A stretch of DNA of 64,000 nt from Azolla caroliniana (GCA_043228905.1 JBHGNT010000014.1:8618001-8682000); one strand, 5' to 3'; counted from the stretch's first letter, positions 32,898-47,797 are shown. Notes: generated by a model not told the origin, from the letters alone. Numbers and translations: made by a program.

Positions 32898-32928
<31 letters not shown>

Positions 32929-33229
32929 AGAAAAAAAAACCTTTTTGGCCCCCTAAAAAAGAGAAAAACTTTTTGGCCCCCCTATTTTGGCTATTTTGGC
33001 TAAACCACCCCCCCCCCCCCCCTCCCCCCCCCTTTGATAGTTCTTCCCCCATTTTGGCCCCCCCAAACCCATTTTCGTTCCTCTACCCCAACAGAAAAAC
33101 ATTCTCTGATATAGCTTGGTTCCTCCCCCTCCCTCACCCAAAAAAAAACATTTTGATAGCTCTCTCTCCCTCACAAAAAAAAAAACATTTTGATAGCTCT
33201 CACTTTGTAGCTCAACACATAGTTGTCCC

Positions 33230-33430
33230 CTCCATTTTCCCCCCCAAATTTCTAGTAGTTCTCAACATTTTGACTATTTTGCCCCTCAATTTTCTGGTCA
33301 TTCTCAACAATTTGGCTATTTTGCCCCCCAAATTTCTGGTAGTCCTCAACATTTTGGTTATTTTGCCCCCCAAATTTCTGGTACTCCTCAACATTTTGGC
33401 TATTTTGCCCCCCAAATTTCTGGTAGTTTT
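33230..33430. repeat. ~42-bp subterminal tandem repeat (about 5 copies)
   Basis: TTTTGCCCCCCAAATTTCTGGTAGTCCTCAACATTTTGGCTA units. Confidence 0.85.
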
Positions 33431-33457
33431 GTTAATCCCCCATTTTGGCTTCACAAC

Positions 33458-35389
33458 ATGTCTCCCCAACCGTCTTCAGCTTCAATTATCAATAGAACCT
33501 TCACTGAGAGAGGGGCTCTAATCAGTTTTATCAAGGACCATTTCCGTGCTCAAAATATAATTGTTGTGGTGGATAAGCATAGTGACAATAGAAAAGTCAC
33601 TTTCAAGTGCTATTATGGGGGAAAATATCGCAACCCTCTAGGCTTGACTGACGATACTCGCAAAAGACAAACATGGACTCGTCTAATGGACTGCCCATTC
33701 TTCATTAGAGCAAACTTCTCGAAGAAAACGGGACAATGGACTATTAAAAAGGCAACTATTGTACACAATCATCCTATTTCTGACAATCTCGGTGGTATAT
33801 CAACGGCTCGTAGACTAACTGATACAGAAAAAACCATTGTTCGCGACATGGCAAATGCTGGAGTTGGTGCGTCTTCAACTTTGGCCTACTTGAGAGAAAA
33901 AACCAGAAATCAATGGACCACCAGGAAAGAAATCCACAACGAAAAAGTGGTTGCAAGAGTCGAGTTTCTTGACGGGCGCTCGCTAATTCAAGCGTTATAC
34001 GATGAGATCTCCACTGGCGACTTTATCTTCAATTCCAAGGTGAACTCGAACGGCTCAATCAGTGGCCTTTTCTTTTGTCATCAAAAGTCAGCAGATCTTG
34101 CCAGACGGTTCAATGTGGTATTTGTCATGGATTGCAACTTCAAAACGAATAGATTTGGCATGCCGTTGCTCAACATCGTTGGAATTACGACTACAAATAG
34201 TACGTTCAATGTTGGATTTGCGTTCATATGCAACGAGACAGAAGCCATGTATGTTTGGGCATTGCAGTCATTTGAATTTGTGACAAAGCCATCAGTAATT
34301 GTAACTGATCGAGAACTTGCATTGATGACTGCAATTGCTATCGTGTTCCCTTCTACAAAGAATTTGCTTTGCATCTAGCATGTCAACAAAAACATTCTGG
34401 CCTATGCAACGACGAAGTTTGCAAGCACCGACGACACAAACGCCTATATGGACGACTGGAACCAGCTTCTATACTCTTCCAGCGAGCTAGATTTTGAGGC
34501 TAACTGGGCCACGTTTCAAATGAAATGGCGACCAAGTCACGATGCGTTGGTGCAGTATGTATACGAGACTTGGCTGATTCACAAAGACAAGATTGTACGT
34601 TATTGGACTGGTCGCTTCCCTCACTTTGGAATGACCAGCACCTCTCGCATTGAAGGCAACCATTATGTTGTCAAGAGGGTTTTAGGCATTGTAAATAACG
34701 ATCTACTCACTGTATTCAAGAAAATCCGTTTACTACTGGACACACAGTTGACAGAATTGAACACCAAAATGGAGTATGACAAGTCTACACAGGCACATCG
34801 ACATGCACTCGAGTTCATGAGGCCGCTAGTAAAGAAGATATCCAAACACGCATTAGACAAGTTATTGGAGCAGTACAAGAAAGTTATTGACAACAATTAT
34901 GGTGATGAATGTACGGGGTTGTTTCGATCAAGTTTTGGTGTCCCATGTTGTCATGACATTTTGAGATGCATCCAAAGAAATGAAAGATTCCATCTTGACG
35001 ATATTCACTGTCAATGGCACTTGATTGCGTGTTCAATGGTTCAACACGCCTCTATAGTTGAGCCATGTTTGTCTCCCATAAAGCGTTTGATGAGGAAAAT
35101 CGAGCAAAGGTTGTATGAAACTGACGATGACCATGTTGTTGTTCTCATGACACGATTGGATGAAGCAAGTCAGGCACCACTGCAGTCTCTCTCCAATCCA
35201 GTGGTGGTAACTAGGAAGCGAGGTCGCCTTGCAGGGTCGAAGAACAAAAAGGCCAACCAAAGGGAGAAGTCACTATTTGAGTACTCTACCGGTCGCAAAT
35301 GTTCCAAATGTGATCAAGCTGGTCACGATGCACGCACTTGCAATATGCATGTGCCCCCCCATTTGGGTTATTTGCCCCTGCAGTACTAA
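33458..35389 (+). pseudogene. MULE/FAR1-type transposase, intronless, one in-frame stop at 34376-34378
   Basis: FAR1-like DNA-binding domain (C..GG..DCPF..HNH), catalytic MDCNFKTNRFGMPL, TDRELAL, LLCI*HVNKN, TSRIEG, C-terminal CSKCDQAGHDARTC. Confidence 0.92.
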
Positions 35390-36539
35390 GAATGTTATTG
35401 AGAACGATTCCTTTTTATGCAATAGTTGATAAACCTTTTTATGAGGTTCTAAAGTGTAATAGTTGATATATATCACAAAAACATTTTGGTTGAGGTGAGA
35501 ACTATCAAATTTTTATTTTTATTTTTGTAATACCAAGAAGGTTGTATTTGACTTCCATTAATATAACTCATTTTATCTATTTGGTACTTCACAACAACAA
35601 CCAAATCACTTGACAAGTCACTGGTTTAATCTCTTTTGCATCCTCTCGCTGGAAGAGGAACACGGTTTTAACAAAGGACCTCGTACTTAACTATGCCCTA
35701 TCATTCATTGGGGAATAAGCTTGTTGGAAATTCTAGTCTACGACTGCCTTTGTCTTAGACAAGCAGATTTGTTCCAACAAGGTATTGTTGTAAGTGTTAT
35801 TGGGAAAGAAGATATAAACATTCTCCACTTTATTGCCTACGTGACTCATAAGTTGTATCTTTAGAGAAGTTTCGGGTTACAATGCTTTGTTTGATCCATG
35901 GACATAGCTAGACCTATTTCAGTTGCGTGTTTCTTGTTTCCACCACCAGACATAAGAGACAACTAACAAACAGTGAATATTGCTAAACAAAACTGAAATA
36001 TAAGTGACAAAAGATGGTGAATGATGAACATGTTATTAAATGATACAGAAGACAACGAATTTGCATTGGCATACTATTAACATCACATTATTGTAAGGGG
36101 AAAATTAGAATATGGTTTACAATAAGAGATTCATGCGAAACACAAGCCATCGTGTTTGAGATATTACAAATTCCTAGAAATTCATTTAACCAATGGAGAC
36201 CTTAAGATGGCCACAAAATGAGATATTCAAGATCGATCAAAACATCATGTAACCAATTGAGGTTCTATGGGGCTGAGAGGCCCTCTTTTCCCTGATTTCT
36301 AAAAACATGCTTCATATCAAAACTTAACCACTGGTTTAAGATCTATCTATCATCTTCTCTAAGACTCTCCTTTGATCTTGAGAACTCACTTCTGTGAAAG
36401 AAGAGAATCTCTCTGGTGGATGCATATATATATATACATAAACATTCACTTGCTCACTCACACACATCTCCATCTCCATCTTCAATGTGTTCTTCTTCTT
36501 CCTCTTCCCTCATCTGTTGCCTGTAGTTTTGGTGGATCC

Positions 36540-36914
36540 ATGGCAGAAACCCATATAGTGATCAATAAGACCAATAATCATAAGAATCACGATGAGGAAT
36601 TCCTTCCTTCCCCATCATCGTCATCCAGTTCCGCGTTCGACCCCGAGCTCCAGCGCCCGGGCGAGGCCCGCTCCTCCTCTTCCTCCCCTTCCCGAAGTAG
36701 CCTCGACCTCCACGTCATCTTCATCCCGACAACTCTCCTCTTTCTTCTCCTCACTATCCTCGCTCTTCACTTCGCCATCAGTTGCTGCCTCCGCCGCTGC
36801 TTCCCTACCCACACCTCCTCCTCCTCCTCCTCCAGTGGCGGCACCCAACAGCCACCATCGACCCTCCCCATCGCCGAAGACATCATGAAAAGAAAAAGGA
36901 ATCCACAGTATTGA
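36540..36914 (+). other. Probable captured host-gene fragment inside the MULE (single TM segment, ATL/RING-H2-like N-terminus)
   Basis: GC-rich 124-codon ORF with hydrophobic FIPTTLLFLLLTILALHFAISCC followed by LRRC, Ser-rich flanks and a CT-rich leader; ends at the TIR. Confidence 0.4.
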
Positions 36915-37437
36915 TTGGAAACTTGAGGAAGAAGAAGAAGAAGAAGAAGAAAGAGAAAGAAGGAAGAGTAACTACGCCTTTTTTTTTGGTGGGGGGGTTT
37001 AGCCAAAATAGGGGGGCCAAAAAGTTTTTCTCTTTTCTTTTTTTTTGGGGGGGGGGGGGGGGGGGAAATAGCCAAAATGGGGGGGCAAATAGCCCATTCC
37101 TTTATTAATCTACTAATGAATAATTGTTTTTTTTTAATGAATTTATTTATATTTTTTAAAATAAATAAATGATTATTTTTATATTTATTTTACAAAGACG
37201 AATGTTTTTATAACATTCTTGGGGCCATTTCATATTTTCGGATATGTCAATCTATGGGTGTTGTACATATATATGTACATATTGTGGATTTCTTTATGTA
37301 TGTATTGTGTGCTTAAATAAATATATAACTTGCACTTGCACAAGATAATCTTCTGTTTCCTACTCTAAAGACCAAAAAGTTAGGAAAAGTGCTGCGTGCC
37401 TTTCCTGAGACCACCAATCCTCCTCCCCTGCCTTCTG

Positions 37438-37469
<32 letters not shown>

Positions 37470-37933
37470 AAGCAGAAGCAGAAGCAGCAGCAGGAGGAAG
37501 AGGATCCAAACGTGAGGTGAGCGCTTCTGCAATTTAAATTGTCAGCTATATATACCATACGTACATGTCCCCTCTCATCTCCATGCCGTTAGTTCATGAG
37601 TTAATTTTAAGATCAAAGAGAAGAGAGAAGACATACGTAACTAACCCTAATGTAAAAATGCCTTGGAGGCAAGAGGAGGTGAGCATCCGATGTTGTTTGA
37701 ATCTTTTCATAGCATGCAAATCTACATTATTTTCAAATTTCTCCCTGTAATACGAAAGTAAAGTCTTCACAATCGTGCTTCTCCAGACCTGCAATGGAGC
37801 CTAAGCAAAGACATTAGGATTGGATAGGATATGACATGATAAAGATTACTTAATATCTCCGTTACACTCTGTTTTTAATTGCACTTTTACAGGCATGGAT
37901 CGTTACTTTGGTTGTCCTTGTCCTTGAGTGTAA

Positions 37934-40900
37934 ATGGTTTGGCAACCGCCTTTTGTTGTTGCTGCTTCTGCTGTGGGCAAGGTTTCTGTTGAAGCATCTA
38001 AATTCTGTATCATTGCATCAACATATGGCTTTCCACTTCTGAAGGATGCTCCAGAGAGAGGCAAACATTTCTCTACAGGGTTCTCAGTCTCAGTGTCATA
38101 TATTTCAAGGAACGGATTGCACAAGTGTCTGGGAAACCAAGAGGATAAACAAATAGGGCATTCGGATCTCATTTCTTGTCTGGTTAGAGAAACGGCCAGT
38201 CCATCCGCTAGTTCAACTACACTAGTCAATGGAGAACCCAACAGAGATACTAGGCCCTCTACGTTGAATCATGTGGGTGCATCTAGTTTGTTACCCAAGC
38301 ACTATATTGCATTACCAAGATTGGGACAAAAATTTTGGGAGTCTATTTTAAGAAGCACTCCATACTCGAGCTTAGAGACTACACTCTCAACTCCAGCTCC
38401 CCCTTTCACAGGCGGACTAATTTCTCTTCTTGGATTGGTGTTGGTACTTGGAGTGATTTTTGATCGATGGATAAGTCAAGCTTCGAGAGGGATTGGGATT
38501 CCGAATGTTGGCAATGTGGGCCCAGAAAAAGCATCAGTCCAGCTGAAGGCTCCAACAGGTATTTCTATTTTCCTAGAGAGAGACCTGAGAAAGAAGGAGT
38601 CAGTAGAGTGGGTCAATATGGTCCTTGGGAAGCTATGGAAAGTGTACAGGATGAGTCTGGAGACCTGGATTGTTGGGCTGCTTCAACCACTCATTGACAA
38701 CCTGCAGAAGCCTAGTTATGTAGAAAAAGTTGAGATTAAACAGTTTTATCTTGGTGATGAGCCAATTTCAGTCAGAAGTGTTGAAAGAAGAACTTCAAGG
38801 CGAGCCAATGATGTACAGTAAGACTGACTATGACTCTTATACTGTTTGAAATCTAAGCAATCATCTGAAAATCAAAGATTTGGTAGAACTATGACATATG
38901 ACATTCTATAGAAATTGCACATGTAGGGTACACTGTATGAATTTTGGCTCTCCATAAAGAGAAGTCTCACTGTTTTTGACTTGGAATTTAAGGAAAGGCC
39001 TGCTATTTCAGTTTCGTATATCACTTTAAGATTTTTTTCAGAAAGTAGGTGATAACAGCTGAAAGCCATTGCCGCAGAATTTTGCTCATTTGTTGTCTTT
39101 TTCAAATAGCAGCACTGGAATAGGTTAATGCTTCAAGATAACAAATTAAGAATATTTCTTACTGGCTTGAAATGCTGTGATCAAGAAGATTTATTTTCCC
39201 AACATTAGCTTTATAAGCTATAAAAGGTCTACGCAATGAATCCTTTAATAAGCACTTGATAAAGAAGCTTATGGTGTAAGTTAAACATTAAAGTGGATAA
39301 TTCAAATGTAGCTCAATTACAAGAGCAGAGTACTAGAAGTGATGTGGGGTGGTTTCAATTTCTTATACCTCTGTTATCTATAGAGAAACATGACCTCTTT
39401 GTAAGGGTTAGGAATGATGTCAATAGGGTTGAGGAATACTCAAGATTCACCCTAGTATAGGCTCCTTAGATGCAACAGTGGAGCTATTGTAGAAAAGATA
39501 GAGAAAGAGTAGTAGTTGGAGGAGCTCACCTTTTAAGTGAGATCCAAAAGTTTTTAACTTATGTTTTATATGAACCATTTAGGGTTGGCCAAGTTCACAC
39601 TGAACTTGGCCCAAAAAATAATGAAAAAGTGATTAGTGACTTTTGGCCTTTATAAATAGGCCTATAGACATTTACACACTATAAGGGGTCATTTAGGGCC
39701 TTTATCCCAACAACCTCCACCTTTAAGCTATGTAACCCCCACCATCTGTATACATATCTGATGTTGTGATTTGCGTAAGCACTTGGTGAATACATCTGTA
39801 GGGTTCTATGATGTGTGAACCTTTATTAATGTGATAAGGCCATCCTCAAGCACTTCTCGAATGAAGTGATATTGCACATCAATATGTTTTGTGCGTGCAT
39901 GAAACATAGCATTCTTTGCCAAACGGATGGCACTCTGGATATCACAACCAAGCATAGGTGCCTTTTCAAGCAAACCAAACTCACTGCAAAGACGTGCTAA
40001 CCATATTGCTTCCTTGGAAGGCTCATACGTCTTTAAAAGGTGATATCCTTGAAGAGGTTTGGTTTGGCAAACCTGCTTCATATGATCACTTACGTGTCTT
40101 TGGCTGCGAGGCTTTTGTACATATAAGGCATGAGCTGAGAAACAGAGTTGTTGCCAAGTCTATTAAGGGCCTCTTCATGGGATATGGTGAAGAAGGCAAA
40201 ATGGGTTACATGATTTGGATACCCCAGCTCAAGAAGGTTATACGCAGCCGAGATGTTTTCAATGAGGCAATGCTGCTTCAAAACAATTGTGCCTCAAAAG
40301 ATGACCATAAAAGGGTTAGATTTCAGCATGACTAGCCACCTATTAGACCCAAATTTGACCATCAGGATCCACCACAAAGGACTGAAAATATTGATCATCC
40401 AGTGGTTTTGGAGCCAGAAGATGTTGGACAGCAAGATGAGGATCCTGGGAGGAATATGCAGCCAAATAATAATGCTGAAAATAATGGACAGCAGCCTAAC
40501 AATGATGATTTAGACATGCCACCTGATGTTGATTCATTGCTTGACAAAATATGGATCATTGGGTGACACGTTCTACTCGTATAAGATGAAATGTGAGTAG
40601 ATTTGACCCCTTGTTGCACTACATAATATTGACTGATGCGGGAGAACCTCTTACATATAAAGAGGCAAAGGCATGTGAGCACATCAATAAGTGGGAGCTT
40701 GCTATGCAGGAAGAGATTAAGGCTTTGCATTCAAATAATACTTGGGACTTGGCTAAACTGCCCAAAGGAAGGAAAGCTATTCCTAACAAATGGGTGTATA
40801 AAATCAAGACTGTTGATAACAAACCCAAGTATAAAGCAAGGTTGGTTGCAAAAGGATATGCTCAAACTAAAGGCATAGATTTCCAGGAAGTGTTTTCTCG

Positions 40901-43900
40901 TGCGGTAAAAATGATCACTTTGCCAATGCTATTTGCTATAGTGGCTGCACTTGATTTGGAATTAGACCAAATGGATGTACATACAGCTTTTTTGCATGGT
41001 GACATTGATGAAGAGCTTTACATGAAACATTTGGAAAGGAACATTTGGTATGTAAGCTCAATAGAAGCTTGTATGGGCTGAAACAAGCTTCTAGACAATG
41101 GTACAAAAAGTTTGATGCTTTTATGCTCAAACATGGGTACAAAAGAAGCCATGCTGATCACAGTTTGTACACTAAAAGAGATGAAAATGGCAGCCCAATC
41201 ATTCTTGTACAATATGTACATGATATGCTCATTGCTGCCAAGAAAAGGAGCACTGTTGATGTCCTTAAAAATCAGCTGAAATCTGCATTTTCAATGAAAG
41301 ACCTTGGGGGAGCTGAACATGTACTTGGAGTAAGAATTAGGAGACAAAGAGAGCACCACACATTGTATTTATCTCAGGAAAAATACATTGATAAGGTGCT
41401 GGACAGATTTTGTATGGCTGATGCAAAGCCTCTTGCAGTGCCATTATAGCCATATGATAAAATCTCTAAGGAAGATATTGCTTATGTACTGGGAGTTGTA
41501 AGCCGATTCAGGGCTAATCTGGGCAAGGCACATTGGAATGTAGTAAAGTCCATTATGAGGTACTTAGAAGGGACTAAAAATAAATGCCTCTGTTATGTAA
41601 AAGACCCATTAGAGCTAAAGGGTTTATGTGACTTTGACATGGCAGGTGATGTGGATACACGGAAATCCACAAGTTGCTATGTATTCACACTTGAAAGTGG
41701 TGCTATATCATGGTTTAGTAGGCTGCAAAAGGTTGTTGCTTTGTCCACTACCGAGGCTGAATATATTTCAGTCACTGAGCTTCCAATGAAGCAATATGGT
41801 TAGCACGTCTTTGCAGTGAGTTTGGTTTGCCTGAAAAGGCACCTATGCTTGGTATTGATAGCCAGAGTGCCATCTGTTTGGCAAAGAATGCTATGTTTCA
41901 TGCACGCACAAAACATATTGATGTGCGATATCACTTCATTCGAGAAGTGCTTGAGGATGGCCTTATCACATTAATAAAGGTTCACACATCACAAAACCCT
42001 GTAGATGTACTCACCAAGTGCTTACCCAAAGCACAACATCAGATATGTATACAGATGGTGGGAGTTAACGTAGCTTAAAGGCGTCATTTATGCCTTTAAG
42101 TGGGATGTTGTTGGGGTAAAGGCCCTTAAATGACCCCTTATAGTGCGTAAATGTGTATAGGCCTATTTATAAAGGCCAAAAGTCACTAATCACTTTTTCA
42201 TTATTTTTTGGGCCAAGTTCAGTGTGAACTTGGCCAACCCTAAATGGGTCATATAAAACATAAGTTAAAAACTTTTGGATCTCACTTAAAAGGTGAGCTC
42301 CTCCAATTACTGCTCTTTCTCTATCTTTTCTACCATAGCTCCACTGTCGCATCTAAATAGCGTATACTAGGGTGAATCTTGAGTATTCCTCAGCCCTATT
42401 GACATCATTCCTAACCCTTATAGGGATTTATTGCATACATGTACTGTAGTTTTGAGTTCCTCTCCCCAAAATCCTTGAGGGAGATTAGTGGTTGACAACA
42501 TGCATCTCACTCTCTCACAAAGTGTCTTGTTATATCGTTCAGCCACACCATTAGAAGAGGGGTTGTGTGGAACAATAAGCTCCCTCTTAATACCCAAAAT
42601 TTCACAAAATTTCTTGAATTCAGCACTTGTATACTCACCACCATTGTCCGTACAAAAACATTTCAGTTTTCTGCCTGTTTTGGTGGTCACAAATGCATGA
42701 AACGGCTTAAATGCAGCTAAGGCTTCATCCTTAGATTTAAGCAATTGAACCCAAATTTTTCTAGAGAAATCATCAACAAATGAGATAAAATACATTGCAC
42801 CCCCCATAGATTTGGTGGGCATGCTACACACATCAGAATGAACAAGATCAAGTACGCGAGACTTACGAGACACACCAGAGTAAAAGGAATGGTTCACTTT
42901 CTTTCCATATTGGCATTCATTACAAAAATCAAGCTTTGTGCTTTTCGTATCAAGCCTATTTGGATTACAAAACCTAGTGAGACCCTTTTGGCTCATATGG
43001 CCAAGTCTCTTACGCCACAACTCCATATGGGAGTGAACTTCAGCCAAAGCAATAAATTTGCCCGATATAGCATTTCCATGTAAGCAATAAAGAGTTCCCT
43101 TTTTTGTGCCTTTCACAATCAGCCTTGAACCTTTTGTCATTTTCCATGATCCTCTCTCAAAGAGAATGCTATAACTATGCATATCCATTTGACCCACAGA
43201 AAGCAAGCTCTTCTTGATCCCTGGTACATAACGCACATTATGCAAAACCAGCTCATTAGTGCCATTTGTAGAAAAATGCACAATGCCAATACCCTCATTG
43301 GAACATGGGTGATTGTTTCCAAGGTATACATGGCCATGGCTGCCTACAGTAAAAGTAGAAAAGCACTCCTTGATAGGAGTCACATGAAATGAAGCACCAG
43401 AGTCAACTATCCATGTTTGGGCCAATGCATCATTGACAGCCAGTAAAACATAAATAAGATCATTCTTAGTGATGCACATGTCCTGTGAATGAATATTTAG
43501 AGAGGCATCATATGCATAAATATCATCAACTGAAAAGGTAGCACATAAAAAATGTCCTCAACATCAGACAACTCCTCTATGACTACATTAGAGGCCAAAT
43601 TGGCCTTCTCTTCGTCCTTTTGACTGCTATGTGCATTAGTCTTGTCCTTTTTCTTATCTCCAAAATTCTTTTTTCTTTCAAGTTCTGCTTTGTAATAGTG
43701 GCAATCAGGTTTCTTGTGGCCTTTCCTGCCACACTAATAGTATGTTACATCATTGCTTTTAACTTTGCTGCTATTTCCCCTTTCCTTGCTTTTAATTTTG
43801 TTCCTATGTGCATAGTTACTTCTCTTATCTGTCCTACCTCAACCATGTTGGCTGATAGCAATGAGCGCGGTTCGGTTTCGGTTTGGTTAAGTTTTAAGGC

Positions 43901-46900
43901 AAAGAAACCGAACCGAACTGAAACCAAACCATTTATTTAAAACAAAAACCAAACCAAACCGTTTATGAACTCTCAGTATTTAAACCAAACCATTTAAGAA
44001 AAAGTTGAAACCAAACCATTTAAAACCAAACCGTTTAGGGAAAAGTTAAAACCAAGCCGAAGCATTTAATAAAAAATTTAAACCTAACCACTTAAATCAA
44101 ACTAATTAAACATCTAAATAAACAAAAATACATTAAATTAAATAAGCATTTAAGTTAAATTTAATAAATCAATAAAAGAAACTTTAATTGAACCATTAAA
44201 CTAAATAAACATTTAAGTTAAATTTAATAAATCAATAAAAGAAACTTTAATTGAACCATTAAACTAAATAAACATTTAAGTTAAATTTAATAAATCAATA
44301 AAAGAAACTTTAATTGAACCATTAAATTAAATAAACATTTAAGTTAAATTAATTAAATCAATAAAAAACCATTAATTAAACCATTAAATCAATAAACTAT
44401 TAAGGTAAAAAAAAAGATAACAAAAAACCTATAAACCTTTAAACCAAACCTATAAACCTATAAACCCGAGCTTTAGAACCGAACTGAACCGAAACCGAAC
44501 AATTTATCGAAAATCCAAACCAAACCAAACCATTAATTTTTTTTGGAACCAATAAACCGTTAAACCATGGCTTAATGGGTCGGTTTGGTTTGAGCCGAAG
44601 CCGTGCCCATTGCTATTGGCTGAGCTACCTGCCACCTTCTCCACTTGCTTTTCTCTTGATCTCTTCATTGAGTATGGAGCCCCTAACACCATCAAAGGTC
44701 AAGTTGGGGCTATTGAGACTACCAATTTCTCCCATGAGTCAGGTAGTGTCATTAGCAAAATGGCTTTGAGCTTGTCATCAAAAGGAGCCATTCCTGAGTC
44801 CTGCAGCTGTGATAAGGTACCTTAAAACAAGGACAAGTGTTCAGCTACACTCTTGGACGCATTCAGTTGCATGCCAACAACCTTTCGCATTAGGTGTACT
44901 TGATTAACAGCCGTATTGTTTTCATATGTAGCCTTCAGCTTTGCCCATATTTCAGAAGCGGAACCAAAATTTACCAAAGTCTCATCAGGAACAATTATCT
45001 TAATATATATGATAGCCTTTTTGTTTAAAATCCACCATGCATCTTCTAACATGGTCTCTGGTTTTTCTGCCTCCAATGCCTTGTCACAATCCTTCAAAAA
45101 AAGAATTCCTTGCATTTTCTCCTTCCACAAATCAAAACCTGTTCCCTCACATCGTCAAATTTCAAAAAGATTCTTCACATCTGAGGAGGATGACGCCATA
45201 GCTACGCAATAAAGAGGTCTAAACACTTTTTCTTTGCTGTACAATACCTATGTAGAAATTCTGAAACCCTAAACCTGCTCTCATACCAATTGTAAGGGTT
45301 AGGAATGATGTCAATACGGTTGAGGAATACTCAGGATTCACCCTAGTATAGGCTCTTTAGATACAATAGTGGAGCTATGGTAGAAAAGATAAAGAAAGAG
45401 TAGTAGTTTGAGGAGCTCACCGATTAAGTGAGATCCAAAAGTTTTTTAACTTATGTTTTATATGACCTATTTAGGGTTGGCCAAGTTCACACTAAACTTG
45501 GCCCAGAAAATAACAAAAAAGTGATTAGTGACTTTTGGCCTTTATAAATAGGCCTATAGACATTTACACACTATAAGGGGTCATTTAAGGCCTTTACCCC
45601 AACAACCTTATTGAATTAGAGGAATGTTTGCGACTCAAAGCTATCAAGAACTTTCCAAGCATGGATGAGTCAGATTATCTAGGTCAAAATTAATAATCAT
45701 GTCATGCTGCTATTGGCCTAGTACTTGGTTCTTTCAGCAGATTTTGCCATGACATGATGAAAATATGTCAATCTAATACTTGTTCAACATAACGTAATAG
45801 ATGAATCCCTCACCCTAGTATAAGGCAAGGCTGGTTGCTAAGGGAAAAAGAGGGCATTGATTTAAAAGAGATAGGCAGTAGTTTACTTTTATTTATCCCA
45901 AGAAAAGTACATTGAAAAAGTGCTGAACAGATTAATGTGGCTGATGCCAAGCCTCTTGGAGTGCCATTGTAGATACATGTTAAGCTTTCCAAGGATGATT
46001 GTCCCAAAGATGATGATGCAGCCAATTACATGAAGAATTTTCCATATATGTCAGCTTGTGGTTCGCTTATGTATGCTATGGTTGCCACTCGGCAAGGCAT
46101 TGCTCATGTAGTAGAAGTTGTTGGTAGGTTCATGGCTAATCTTGTTAGTGTTGGGAATAAAGGGCCATCGTACCTTTTATTAGTGCACGAGTGTGAACGC
46201 ACTCGTAGCACACTTTTGACTTGTATATACATAATATCCAAAAACCAAAAAAGAGGGACACTCTTTGTACCCAAGACAACGTGCATCTCTCTCTCCTAAT
46301 GGTAGAAGTCAACCCCGGGATACACAAATGGGCTTCAAACCAGGACATAACAAAGGGGTTACAATTGATCGGGCAATGGCAATTTGCCGTGCACGTAGGC
46401 CTCGGCCCCATGCACCACGACCTTGACACCCTTGTCATTGACAGATAAAAGCCATTATCTCCCGCCATCGTAGGTGCTTCCCTCGCTTCGGAGACATTTC
46501 CATTCTGGATCGACCTATGCTAGAGATCTTTCGAAGACAAAAGCTACAATATACCTAACTTGAGGATCTCACATGTGCCAAAAACTAGATTCCCTCATTT
46601 CTTTTCTTTTCATATTATTTACTTTTATATTTATTTTATTTTGATTTGTTCTCAAAGACGAGACAACACTTAAGATTTAATCTCTTATTTGGTCTTATAG
46701 GCCATTTTGGCCTCTTAAAAGATGTTAATATATCTTTCTTTCTCCCTTTGTCTCTCACTCAGACTCTCTCCCTCTCTGTTTTTGACCTAAACCCTAATCC
46801 TCGTGCTGCCTTCAAACTGGTATCAGAGCTGAGTTTAGGGTTTTATGCAGAGAAAAGTTTAGGGTTTTCTGCAAAGCAAAGTTTAGAGTTTTTTGTAGGC

Positions 46901-47797
46901 AGAGTTTAGGGTTTTTTGCAGAGCAAGTCTTTTTTTTTTCTGCAGAGCAAGTCTTTTTCTGTAGAGTAGGTCACGTTTTTTGCAGGCACTTCACGTCTTT
47001 CTGCAAAGTAAGCCTGTTTTTTTTTCTAGAGAGCAGGTTTGGTCCTCCGTTTGGGCTAAGAAATTATGACTAGCAATAGTGATAGTAGCCACCTTATGCA
47101 CATCAAGAAGCTTGAGGGTGCACATAACTTTGCGGTATGGAAAAAGCAGTGCTACAACATCTCGTTGCAAAAGAAGCATGCAAAGCCTATAAAAGTCAAA
47201 GGGGTAAAGCCTACAGATATGGACCAAGATGATTGGCAAGAGTTGAACGAGCTTACACGCTCGACTATTGAGTTGTCAATATCTGATGCCTTGCTTTTTA
47301 ATATTGAAGGTTTGGACTCCGCCTATTCTATATGGACTAGACTAGAGGAACTGTATGCCCAAAAGACGGCAGCTAGCAAAGTTTATTGGCTTAAGAAACT
47401 TATGGATTTGCGTATGACAGAGGGCACACCCATGTCAATTCACCCGAGTGAGTTCAATTCCATTTTCAGCCAGCTGGTTGCCTTGAAATTCATCATTGAT
47501 GATGAGTTTAAGGCCATGTTTTTACTTTGCACCTTGCCAGAAAGTTGGGATACTTTTAGGACTGCTATGAGCAATTCAAATGCGATGCTTCTTTATGCCG
47601 ATGTAGAGAGTTCTCTACTCATGGAAGAGATGAGTCGGCAAAACAATGCATCCAATAAGTCCTCTAGTGTGTTGCATATGAGGGGTAGGTCACAACAAAG
47701 AGGCAAATTTGATAGTTATGGTCGTAGTAAATCACGTGGTAAAGATGTAGAATGCCATCACTGTGGCAAAAAGGGTCATTTTAAACGTGATTGTTTC

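Larger units (their letters stand above)
32883..37100 (+). mobile_element. Mutator-like (MULE) DNA transposon
   Basis: TIRs GGAATGGGCTATTTGCCCCC / GGGGGCAAATAGCCCATTCC extending ~120 bp imperfectly; 8-bp TSD TTTATTAA (32875-32882 / 37101-37108); internal transposase. Confidence 0.93.

Noticed and set aside
44130-44400. CRISPR-like array (also 33230-33430 and 63180-63410)
   Set aside because: Head-to-tail tandem repeats without unique spacers, inside eukaryotic DNA transposons; no cas genes.
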